64,000 bases of DNA from Rhizophagus irregularis (lineage: Eukaryota), in NCBI RefSeq assembly GCF_026210795.1, contig NC_089431.1, positions 310,001 through 374,000 of the forward strand, written 5' to 3'. The notes under the pieces were generated by a model, which was given only the letters and a program-made list of their open reading frames with translations, made no database searches and had not been told where the DNA came from. Made by a program: the position numbers and the translations under genes. Below are positions 12,867 through 25,192 of this stretch, in pieces; the first letter of the stretch is position 1; the number at the start of each line of letters is the position of its first letter.

Positions 12867-13629
12867 TCTTAATGGTTTATTGAATTTGGTGTAAGATATA
12901 TGAAAAATTAAAATATGATTGCGTAGTTATGACTGTAAACATAATCAAAATCATAAATACTGAATCAAAATTATAAATACCGGGTCAAAATTAGTAAAAT
13001 ATAATATAAAAAAAAAGCATTTTGGGTGTTTCATTTATGTAATACATTTGTTTAAAAAAATATCGTATGATTTATTGATTGTCAACCATTATAAAAAATG
13101 ACAGTTTGCTAGTAATTTTTTAGATCCATTGCTACAACTATATCTTTTAAGAATAATATTGAGTTAATAGTTTCTTGATCATTAAAGGATGTTAGTTTTC
13201 TCATGATGTATTTTCTAATGTAACATATATATTGAAGAATTATTAATTGTTGTGAAATATTTTCATATTAAAACACAAATTTCAATAAATTATTTTAAAA
13301 TGTAGTTTCTTTAAGGGCCGTTTTTTCTTTTGTTAATAATCAAAAATTATTACAAAAAAAACAGATTGATATTGTACCTACGTATCCGATTCATACGAAG
13401 CCACATAATGTTGACTGTTCTAGGAGTGGTGTCTTAGTATTTATAAGCATAAATAGATTTTCTGAAGTGCAGAAGAGTTTGTGAGAGAACATAAACTAAT
13501 TCATATGTAATAAAAATTGTCTATCTGCAAGTTTCAAAATTACTTAACTTCAAACTCATTTTTAATTATTCTCAAAAAGTTCTCTCTCTCTCTCATAAAG
13601 TAAGTACTATAAAAAGAAATCGGCTATGA

Positions 13630-14100
13630 ATCATAAACACATTTTGGTTTCCTAAGGGGTTGTATATCAGCAGCAACAATTTCTTATTTGGTACTATATG
13701 AAATGCAAGAACATTATTAATCAAATCTTCAGGTAATATTATACTTTTAAAAGAAAATCTTTCGAAATTTATATGATAAAATCTAATTAAGGGATAAATC
13801 TACAAAGGGCTCTTTCCATAACTATGATTTCTCCTTATTCTTCTTTTTAACATCTTGCTGAATAAAAGGATACTGAGAAAAACACCATTTAATCAAGTTG
13901 TCCATATATCGATTTCGTCCAATTATAAATCATCTCGTTTTAAAAGTAATTCTAGTAAAGGTACCTCTAAATTAATAAATTTATCAGATTTAAATAATAT
14001 AATATATCTGGTTTAGTACAAATATCTTTGAGAAAATAATCCATAAATCTTTAAAAATCTCATGTTTATAGATTGTTCAAAAATTTCTAGAATTCCTCAA
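13630..14100 (-). pseudogene. BTB/BACK(-TLDc) family relic
   Basis: Frame-broken translation ILFKSDKFINLEVPLLELLLKRDDL*LDEIDIW...WCFSQYPFIQQDVKK...IRFYHI...LPEDLINNVLAFH resembles the BACK region of fungal BTB/POZ proteins. It has several stops and frameshifts. Confidence 0.7.
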
Positions 14101-14802
14101 ATTTTACCTTCATTATGTTCTAATTATATTAATGCAATACATACTAACATATTGTATAACGCTTATCATTTACAAATCGAGTATGCCATCTTTATTTAAC
14201 AAATAACAACTCGCTATAGAATAAATAAATTTAATGTAGACATAATTTCAAATTTTTCGCATAAAAAATCAGAAAAGTATGTAAAGTAGAAGATAAATCT
14301 GAAAATAATAAATTTCTGGTTTATTCATTATGATTAACTTTTCATAATAATCATAAACATTTTTTTATTAGGATTAAAAAATAAATTATTTGCACAAAAA
14401 ATTCAGCTTTTAGATATGAAACATGATCTTGGACGTCTGCATAATAACACAGTTATTAGGTAGGGGGTTAACAGTTCAGTGATATTTCAACTCCCCTACC
14501 CAATAATATCGCTTATGGACCATTTCGCTGCACAGACCTTATTGTTGTGATCATTTGTTTTGTAATAATCAGAGAAATGAATTAACAAATAGGAAGACAC
14601 TATACAAACCCAATGGGAAACTGGAAAAAAAGAAGACAGACTAATTAATAAGAAAATCACCTCCAAGAATTGAACTTGGACACAGAAATTGTGGAACCAA
14701 CGGTGATGGATAATTGTTGAGTTGATAAGTTATTAAGGAAAGAACTCAACAAAGGAATGAAATAAAGGATATCACATGTGAAGAAGGAAATCACATGAGA
14801 TA

Positions 14803-15057
14803 GGTCAAATGATCAAGAAAGGTAAATCTTACAAGACAAAGGATCTCTCTGACACCAATCAGCACAGTGCAATGCTTCATGGGCGATGCAAACGATCCCC
14901 TTGTAAAATTTATCTATCTAAGAATGGTCAAATGATCAAAAAAGGGTAAATTTTTACAAGACAAAGGATCTCTCTGACACCAATCAGCACAGTGCAATGC
15001 TTCATGGGCGATGCAAACGATCCCCTTGTAAAAATTATCTATCTAAGAATGGTCAAG
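14803..15057. repeat. Near-perfect tandem duplication, ~124-bp unit x2
   Basis: Units start with GGTCAA at 14803 and 14926, and a stub starts at 15051. The core ACAAGACAAAGGATCTCTCTGACACCAATCAGCACAGTGCAATGC is identical in both units. Confidence 0.9.
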
Positions 15058-18000
15058 TATTCCCGAGTTGACCAAAGGGTAAAGATTACGTCTCCATGCT
15101 ATATTTGGTAAGCAATGGACCTAGCTACGTAATATAAAATTATTTAATTAAATAATAATTTCTAAACTATTGGGAATTAAGGGTATTTTTTAAATTAACT
15201 ATTAATTCAATGTTATATTTGTAAAAAGAAAGTAAAGATAAAAGAAATAATATTGTATAATGAGTAAACTCATAAAGAAAATCAAGAAAATAAAGAATAA
15301 AATCAAGAAATGAAAGAAAAATTGATAAAGTATAATATGAAAAATTTGAAATAAGGAAAGATTTAAAAAGAGAGAGATTTGATAGGAGGAGAAGAGGAAG
15401 ATTTGAAAAAGAGAAATTTAGGGAAAGGTAAAAGAATATTTGAATTATATATTTTATCATAATAAAGAATAAAACAAGTATATGGTTGAGAAGGTTTGTA
15501 TATATAATTAAAAGAGCAAAAAGAATGTATAAGTAAGTAATGAAAAATGGTAAGTATTGAAATGTAAATGGTTCAGTTTGAAGATGAGAAGGAAAACATT
15601 TGTCAATAGGGATGCTATTAAGAGGAGTATTAATGAAATTTGGACACATTTGGAAAGACATTTTGTATTATTAGATTTTAGCAGAAATTTAAAATTTGAA
15701 GAAAATTTGTTGCTTGACTTGAAAGTAAAATTTGTTGCTTGAAAAAGTTGAAAATAAATTTGCTTTGAAGTTTGAATTTTAATTTTTCCTTGAAAAAGTT
15801 TAAGGGTATATATATATTTTTAAAAACCTTTAGTAGCTAATAATGAAATAGAGTAACTTATTATGATTCATAAAAAAAATTTAGATCATGCATGAGTCAC
15901 ATCTATTACATCAATTAATTTATAGTTATTTATCCTAAACTAGTAATATGAGTTAGCTTAATGATGACTAATACAGTAGTGATTTCTGAAGATGATTAAT
16001 TTAAAATAAAAAATTCTTTTTAATTAAATCAATTAAAAATAAAATATAAGGTAATTTTTTCTGGAATTGTCAACAAAACAATTGGTAAAATATCAGTTAT
16101 TTTTAATGAGTCATAGGACATTATCTATCTATAATCATGATTAAAAAGAATTTTCATCTATTAGATCAGTGGAACTCATCTACATTTATCTAAATTTGGT
16201 ACATATTCAAGATTTTACGGCTTATTGTCCGAAGCGAAAGCGTAGGACACTTCCAATAATAATAGGTATTCATTTGGACGAAATGAAACATATTTTAAGA
16301 ATTATATACTTAAACCCAATAATATTCAATACATATCATGATAAACATAATATATTGGTCAGTCTAGGATCATGCTGGTTTTGACGGACTGATATTTTTG
16401 TTAATGGCTAAAATAATTGATATTTTTTTTTTTCATCAGTTAAATATGACAAGAAGATTTACAGTTTAGTATATTTAAAAATATTTCTAGTCTATAGTTT
16501 TTTCCCGCTCTCAGCTGATATATTGTATGAGTGATAAAAAATTTGACTAAATCAGATCGGTAGTACTTGGTAGACTTACTGCGTGTATTATATTTTTGAC
16601 GTGTTTCAATTTTTTCGTGATCGCATCACGTGATCACACACGTCTTGATGTTTAGTGATTTAATAGGTATGCATAAATTAAATATATATACTGTAATATA
16701 GACGATATAGACGCAAGTTTATAATAAAGTATATAAAATTGTTATACAATAGTTATTCATATCATAATCATGAGTCATCTTTTGTGTAAATTTAGCCAAA
16801 CAAAAAAAACAAAATTGTATTTCGCAAGAAATATCACATTCATTTATTAAATAAGTTGTTTCAGAAAAAAAATTCATTTTTTGTGTGTCCTCTTTTGCGT
16901 CTTCTCTTTCGTGTCTTCTCTCTTCTCTCTTTTCTTTAAGTATTTTCTTTTCAGTCGTGTCTTCTCATTTATTTAGGTCTTCTCTTTTCTTTAGGTTTTC
17001 TTTTTCTTTAGGTTTTCTCTTTTCTTTAGGTTTTAAGAAAAATATAAATTTAGTTATACCATCACCGTCACCAAACAAATACAATAGAACATTGTTTAAC
17101 TACATTACGTCAACTTCGCATTTATCTGGCTGATCGCAATAAAGAATATTCAATCTGAAATTTGACGTCGTGAAATCGACAAGGTGAAATCGCATAACAG
17201 CCATATTGTACTTTTTTTGTCAAATCTTCTACCCAAGATTCCTTCTATCACAGAATTACCCAAAGGTGCAGCAAATATATTCTTCTACTAGTACAGTAAG
17301 TTATAACTTTTATACTCATTTTATACTCATATTTATTTTACTGATTACATTACTTATGCATAACATCTATTCTTGATTTGTTAGTCCAAAAAGCTATAAT
17401 ACGTCAAAAATGGTCAAACCGCAAGATTGCCACGAAATTCAGCGATTTCATCTTAAAAATGAACAAATTCTGAGTTTAAATTATTAATTATATCAAATAC
17501 GTTATAAAAAGGACTCTCAAGTTCGAACTCGCGTGATACATTTAATTGGGATTATCATCACATAATAGAAATTTATAATTATTAATTAAATTATCTTAAT
17601 AAGAACTATAATATCTAAACTTATGCACAAGCCAAGTTTAGGTCGAAAGTCATATACTGTACCTGAATATATGAAGAGTAGAGCAAAGAGATTTTGGTCA
17701 TCAAAACAATACATTACTATCTACTATTGCAGCAAAAAACCCACATGCACGAAACTATCCTATGAAATCTATCCTAAATATACTTATCCTGATTTAAAAC
17801 GATAATACTATTCCTTCCTTCCGGAATTCTTATGAACCTTTTGTCGTCCTTCCATGTTATCCGTATATACTCTCTTCGTCTTGTCCTCTTTTACTAGATA
17901 TCCGATTATCGCTTCCTTTGTTGGAAACTTGTTTGAATTATAAGGTAGGAAAGCGGGAATTACGTTTTTGTCCACTTTACAGTCCTCCTTTAATTGTTTT

Positions 18001-18900
18001 GTTAACAAATTCCCAAAATGACGATTATCTGCTGAATCCGTAAACTCTCAGTCTATATTAATGAATGTAGAGCTACAGACTACAGTTTTTATAGTCAACC
18101 ACGTCCTTCTCTGTCAGAGAATTCTTTTTGTTGAGAGTCTTACGATCGGTTTATCTCTCCAATCCTCGTCTTCGTTTTTACTTTTTTGACTCCTTGAAGT
18201 CACGTGATTGCTGGTCTTTCCTTAGAGATCGACCACAATTTTAACGACTTTTTCAGGTCTGACCAACGGACGTATCACTTCTTTCCTTAACTCATTCTCC
18301 TTTTTTCTTCCAAATCATCAAGCGCCCATTCAAAGCGGCCGTCTATCTTGTCCGAGTCAACCGTTCCCAACGAATTATAATTATTATGATTCGATAAATT
18401 AACAACTCGTTAGGTAATAAGCAAATATAATGTAGTTCAAATATTTCTTTATACATTTCTAAAATTTTCATATCAAAATTGCATGTTAAAGTGTAAAAGC
18501 TTAAAAATAATAAATTTCTAGTTCACTTATCATGATTAACTTTTCATAATTTATCACTTCGTCGTAAATATTTTTAGGATTCACGGAACTAAGTTTTCCG
18601 AATTTTTTTTTTGATCATGTTCGCTTATCCTTCGTGCTGCAACTATGTTACCCTAGTTCCTCCATTGCTCATTCTCGACTAAAAACAAAATAAGAAATAG
18701 AAAAAAAAACTAAAAAGATAAAAAAAATAGACAAAATATATAATAATAAATTGATTATGATAAATGTTAAAACATGGCCAAAAAAAAGTGAAAAAATAAT
18801 AAATTAATTCACTGTTTCTGCTAATGATGGATTACCTTTAATACGATTTAAAATTTAAGATCGGATAACGGTTTTTCCTGTTACTATTTTTTTCTCGCTT

Positions 18901-19540
18901 GCAGATGAGTACGCATTCTAGAGTGCATTGAGGCCTAATGTGATAATAGATAATTTCGAAATAATTGAATTTGAGAGATCGTCTTCTCTCTTACAACTCC
19001 CTCAGCAAAGTGGCGAGGAAACAAAACAAACGTGACATATCCAATATCCTCATTTTTACTTGTATTTTGTAAATATCTAATTTCTCTCCTTGCTTGAGTA
19101 TAGTACTTGTGGAGCATTTTGAATAGCTGAATGACGACGTGCATCAACAAATTCCTTAAAAACACCTTGTCAAATATCCTTTAATAATGTAGTAAAGATT
19201 ACAATGACTCTATCAAATTGGGCCTGAATATAAATAGCTTCCTGATTTCTATAATGAATTTGCATGAGATCAGGTTTTAGGTTGGGTTGTTTTTCATCTT
19301 CAAATCGAGCTTGTTGTTCAAATGCACGTTCAAATTTAATTAAAGTTAATTTCTTTACCAGTTCTTCTCTTTGACTTTTATCTTCAGGTAGTTTTTACAA
19401 GTTAAATTCTAAAGTAACACCATATCTTCTTTAGGGACACAATATGGGCCATATTCTCTCTGTAACATTTAGATTCTGGAGTTGAAAGATAGTAAGCTAC
19501 ACCATCGAAATCGACTAGTCATATCCAAAGCTGTAGGTTC
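18901..19540 (-). pseudogene. ARPC2: Arp2/3 complex 34-kDa subunit (ARPC2/Arc35) pseudogene, intronless
   Basis: Colinear frame-broken motifs: VDFDGVAYYLSTPESK, LQREYG, FERAFEQQ, MQIHYRNQEAIYIQAQFDRVIVIFTT, EFVDARRHSAIQNAPQVLYSSKE, DIGYVTFVLFPRH, QLFRNYL and MHSRMR. Many small deletions. Confidence 0.88.
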
Positions 19541-20059
19541 AAGATTCACAATCAGCTGGTTTAGCGCCTCTTCTTTCTCTTATAACTTTTTTCAGAATTT
19601 TGACATATACTATTTCGCTAGATGAAACACTTTCTTTCTTGATTTTCTCATATTATAGGACTAAATTGCAAAAATATCTTATTAATATTTAAAATAAAAT
19701 TTTACATGAATTTATTAGTAAATAAAACTTCCTCTTTATTATCTTATGCAGTGAAATAAATCAAATAGCAGCACCCCCACTAATAAATCAATTTCTTGTT
19801 AAATTTTTTCGTAAAAATTTTTCTCGCACTTTTATTTTTTGATCAGGTTTAACGATCGGAATGATACTGTAAGTGCCGATTTTATTTTATATTTTTTTCA
19901 CATTAAAATTTTTTTTCATAAGATATTTTTTTTAGCCGTTTTTGTTTTAGGTTTAGATTGAAGCTGTAGTGTATGATTTGAATAAATTATAAAATTCACA
20001 CATTTTGAGTACTATCACCTGTCACATTTTCAAGTAATTTCCTAAAAGAAATGCGTTTT

Positions 20060-20225
20060 TATCGCTTTAGTTTTTTCATCTTCTGTAAGAGATTTATCAG
20101 CAAGAAGTGTTTGTTTTCGAAATTCAAAATGTTTGTGTATATTATTATAAATAATAGTACATATCTAATAATGCAAATGATCTATTAAGTGCTGCCTGAA
20201 CTACTTCATTTCGAATATTAGACAT
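20060..20225 (-). pseudogene. N-terminal fragment of a second Glomeromycotina kinase subfamily
   Basis: Translation MSNIRNEVVQAALNRSFALLD...NNIHKHFEFRKQTLLADKSLTEDEKTKAIK, then the similarity ends. Recognised from memory as the helical N-terminus of AM-fungal TKL kinases. Confidence 0.5.
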
Positions 20226-20767
20226 GATGCAATCTTATATTATCTTTTTATAAATTAAGAAATTTGTAGAAAAAGAAGGTTTAGTTTCGTTGATCAGCAT
20301 CCGATTAAATTAGCAGTTAGGTGTAACAAAATATTACACCATCACACTATGGCAGATCAACCACTATATCGGAATTTATTAAAAACGATTGTAAATTTAT
20401 TAATTTTTTCAATAGTTATATATTTTTTCTCCGAATATTTAATATCATTGAAATCAATAAATTATTGACTTTTTTCCTTGTAAATCTTTTTAATATTCAT
20501 TTTATTTATTTAATCTCTATAAATTAAGAATACTTTCCTGCATTTTCACCAATATCTAAAAATTTAATATATTTTAATGTTATTTTTTGCTGTACAATAT
20601 ATTGCCTTATATATGAAATAGTTGGTTTAAGCGCTACAAAAAGCTTATTTAAACTATAAATAAAGTATGTTGATAAAAGGGTTACAAATCACAATACTTC
20701 ATGGCTTAATAATAAACTTTTTTTTTGTGACGATCTTTAATAAGTTTATCCGAATAAATTGCTATAG

Positions 20768-21182
20768 TGTAATGCCGGAATCATCTAGCAACTTTAATAG
20801 TTATGAGGCGTAGTTTTATATTTACATGGTTTAAGTGTATAAATTTATTTTTTATTTTTAGATTTTTAGAATGAGCATGAGTATAAACTGGACATGTGAA
20901 TAAATAATCGTCAATATTTAAACGAGGCTTAAGAAAATTGAGGCTTAGGAAATTGGAGGCTCAGAGGAGATCAAGAAAATGAAGAAGTTTCTAATTAAGG
21001 AAAACAGTTTCATATTTTAGAAAAGTATAAATAAGATCTTATTTCAATTAAAGGAATAAGAATTTTCTTATTTATTATTATATTTTTGATTTATCTTATG
21101 ATAGAATAATAAAGGAATATTTTGTTAACGACTCAACGTCTCAACGTGGTAAGGAACCCATACCACGGGATTGAGCGTTACA
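20768..21182 (+). mobile_element. Solo LTR (415 bp)
   Basis: Begins TGTAATGC and ends GCGTTACA (TG..CA with short inverted ends). Internal TATAAATA at ~21026; flanks are ATAG / ATGG. The 5' part recurs at 41539 and 50245. Confidence 0.65.
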
Positions 21183-21307
21183 ATGGTAGTACAAATTGTG
21201 GCGTTTTAATACTCCAACCAACTTATTCGTTTTTAATTTTTTTTTTTTTTTTTACGTATTATAATTCTAAAATTACTCACATATATAACGGATTCAAACT
21301 GGTTAGT

Positions 21308-22621
21308 ATGGAAAAAAAGCCGAAGAATTTAGAGAAGGAATTTGTTTCTAATAGATATCAGGTAATATTAATATTAATTCATATTAGTTATCATGATAAT
21401 TTTAGCAATATTATATTTTTAGTTAAATAATATATGTGTATATATATATGATTTTTTTTTTTAAACATTAAAAGCGTCATGTCATGATTTTTACTGTTAA
21501 ATCAGAAGATGTGAATTAAAGATTAATTTATATGAAAGAGTTAGAAAAAAGAAAACAAGTATATTGAATATGCGGAGAATGTAATGAACTTAGAACAGGG
21601 TGGAAATAGTGTCAACCTTATGATGCTAAAAGATTTAAGGATAACTTTAAAAATGAGACTAGTGGAAATAAAGATATTGACAAATTTATACAACACACAA
21701 CTTAATGTTATACATCATGAAAAATGCCCTGAATGGATAATTTTTGAAAAATTTCAAAATATCACTTACTATATTGCAGAAGGAGGTTTTAGTAAGATTT
21801 ATACAACAGAGTGGTCTGAAGGATTATATTTGAAAATCAAAAATGGGTTTAATAAATATACTAAATATAATAAATATGTATTGAAAAGTTTAAATAACTC
21901 TTCTGAAATAAGTACAAATGAGGTAATTTAAATTTATTTTGTCTTTTATTTAAAAAGTTGTTATTTGTATTTATTTATTTTTCCTTTTCGACAATCAGGT
22001 TAAAACTCATCTTCAGATTTATCTTTATGAGGTTGTTCGTAACTCAAGATCCAAATGCTAAGGAATATATGATGGTCTTATTCTATTGTAAAGATGGAAA
22101 TTTGAGAAATTATTTGAACATTTCTAAAGATTATATAGATTATGAAGCAGATATTCATAATGCTGGATTTATCCATAAAGGTTTTCATTCGGTAATATAT
22201 TACTTAATAGTTGGCCAATTATAAGTGATCTAGGAATGTGTCAATCAGCAAATAAGCAAACAGTTAAAGAAGAAGGAATTTATGGAGTATTGCCATATAT
22301 TGCACAAAAAATTTTATGTGGATATCAATATACAAAAGCGGCAGATATTTACTCATTTGGAATAATAATAATGAACGAATTTCTTTCTAAAGAAATTCCT
22401 TTTAATGATATTCCTCATGACGTACTTGTATGTTAAACTTATTAAGTATTTATTTGGGTTAAATTAGTTATGGAATTATAATATATCTCTTTTAGTATCT
22501 TTGTTAGTTGTTGATAGAATTTTTAAATATAAAATATGTAACAACAATTTCTAAAGATGTACCAAAATTACTTGCAGATTTGATAATAAAATGTTGGGAT
22601 GCTGAAATAGAAAATAGAACA
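21308..22621 (+). pseudogene. Kinase array copy K1 (pseudogene)
   Basis: Same exon 1 (MEKKPKNL...YQ|GT) and exon 2/3 layout as K2 and K3, but with stops and frameshifts. HKD is changed to HKG, there is a 95-bp insertion at 22422-22516, and it is truncated after CWDAEIENR. Confidence 0.85.
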
Positions 22622-24031
22622 GTTCATGTGATGACGCGCATTTTAAATTATACTAAAGCAGAAATTAATTCAATATTTTTTAAAATAATAAAGAAAACTT
22701 GATCAATCGATTGGTCGATTATGTTAATAAATTTCGATCGATTAACCTATTGCTAGCCGAAATTATCAGAGTGCGAGCAAAAATTTACTACACGTTACAA
22801 ATCTTCGATTAATTATTTAGTAAGCACATGATCAATTATATGTGATGGTTAATATTTTTCTTCTGGTCACTAGTTAATATTATTTTGTGAATTAGCCATC
22901 GCAATAGGCAAAAGTATTCTTTATTAAAATTAAAGTAAAAAAAAAAATTATTTTTTTCTGTTTCTTATCATCAAAGGAATTAAAATGAACTCATGAATAG
23001 TAATAATATATAAATATATAATAGATATAATGGATGAATGATTTAGATTTTAGATAAAGCAGAGAATACGATCTTATCCACTATATGGAATAATATTGAA
23101 GAATTAAAACGTAAAGAAATTGTTATTTGTACTTCTGATATGCAACGGACAATTCCCACTTTAAGACGTGTTACGATTTGTGTTACTTGAAAAAAAAATT
23201 TTGAAAATTTTTTTAAAACCGATAATTTAAATACTGATGAAAGAAATGATCACGGATTCAATAGAAAAACGTGTACAATTAACTAAACATCTCGTAAATA
23301 TTGAAATTATCCAATTTGTAAATAAAGATTAAAAAAATATTTATTTTAATTTGTATTAATGATTTATATTATTATTATTTTTTTTTCTTTATTTGAGTTT
23401 AACGACTATGCAAAGATTTTATCTTTATATTAATATACAAAAATCGTTTATATAAAACTTATAAATTTTGATACAGTTATTTTTTTAAATTCTTCAGTTA
23501 TACAATACATGTAATTATTATGTTTAAATATTGAATCTATAAATTAAAAAAAAACTTTTTCAGATATTGTATCATGTAATCTGCGTTATTTTGCGATATT
23601 TGAGATATTTGAAACAGAAATTCCTGACAAAATCTAAATCCCAAAATATCATACCAGGAAGTTTATAATCTTGATAATAAAAATCCTGATACTTTTATAA
23701 TACTGAAATACAAATCCAAGGTTTATAAAAATTTCATAATCCTAAATTCCATAAGAAAAATATCAGTATATCAAATTATCATTACATTATGAAAATTTTA
23801 TTTATAAAAGCGTGTAGATTAGTATCGATATAAAAATTTTTGTATAAAGTTACGATATATTTAGCTTGAAGATAAGAATACCGAAAGCCTGTGTGATGTG
23901 TCAAGCTTCAATCGTAGCATTATTTTAATAAATTTGTTGATCGTACTGGTAAAAATGATAACTGATAAGCAAGTGGAATTTCATTTGATAATAATGTAAA
24001 AAAGTCATATTAAGTATTGTGCGTAATAAAT

Positions 24032-24360
24032 AAGGGGTTCAAATAATCAATGAATTTATTTTATTATCTTTTTCATTTATTATTTATATTCAAAATTTTT
24101 AGTATTACTCATTGATGATTTAAACAATGAATTTAGCTTTAATAGTTAAATTTGAAGGAATAGCCATTTTATATTAAATGTGATTCTTAAGAAATAAATA
24201 AATAATAGGACGAGGAAATTTTAACACACATTATAGTTTGATTCAATAATTTCATAATTAATTATTAGCCATACAAATATTAAGTTAACATTTTAATCAA
24301 ATAACCGTGATTCTACTGATTTTAAAAAATAATAATCAGAAACTATTTAAGACAGCCACT
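24032..24360. repeat. Dispersed ~330-bp repeat (second copy 36505-36846)
   Basis: AAGGGGTTCAAATAATC...TTTAAACAATGA...AATAACCGT...AGAAACTATTTAA is shared and colinear in both copies, each downstream of a kinase copy. Confidence 0.7.
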
Positions 24361-25192
24361 ATTGAGGTTAAATGAAATTAATTCAATTTTTTTTTAAAAA
24401 AAAAAAATAATAAATATTTCAAAGAAAACTAATTTTTTGATCAATCAATTAATCGAAGTAAAATTCTTGAAACTTATTTCCGTTATATAATAATTTTTTC
24501 GTATTTCTCCAAAAAGAAAAAAATAAGCCGCAGCAGATCGGATTAAAAACTGAAGTTAATCTTTTCTTCGGTCTTTTTCTTAAATTGATTTTACATTATT
24601 ATATTTAATAGTAATTTCGATTTACTTTAAATTAAATAAAATAAACAAATTTTACCAATTTAGTATACTCTGACTAATGAGTATCCTCTGTAACTTACGG
24701 CGGTTTATTTTTTTTTTGTGGCAAGTCTAGTTGATTTATTTACAACGGAAATCTTTATTTATAAAGTTCAAATATTAGAAAGATGTGACGTATTAGAAAG
24801 CTGTGACGTTAACTAGATTTAAAAAAAAATTTTATTACTACATTTTTCCCTCCACTATGATAATTTTGGCCAGCATTAATTTAATCGATCTAAATTTACC
24901 TAACATGATCGCATTTTTCCTGTATTTGTCTAAGTTTGGCCTAAATCTCCTTGTGTAACTATTATTTTAACCATTTCGGGTTAGATTTATTCTCTTTTAT
25001 AAATTTCGTGAGCAACTGCTGATCATAAAAAGAAATTTTTGAATACAATAGTAGTACAAACAGTAATACAAATACGCAATTTATTGACAATTTTTTTCTT
25101 TCGCTACAATAATTCTGAATTTATTTCGAGTAACAGCTATTTTCTTATATAACTTAAATTATAATTATAATTCACAGCTCGGGTAAATTAAT

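Noticed and set aside
15167..15742. 164-aa hydrophobic ORF and its antisense partner
   Set aside because: It is low-complexity purine-skewed DNA with no motifs.
22422..22516. Newly gained intron in K1
   Set aside because: Splicing at the GT..AG would remove one coding base and create a stop, so it is treated as a plain insertion.
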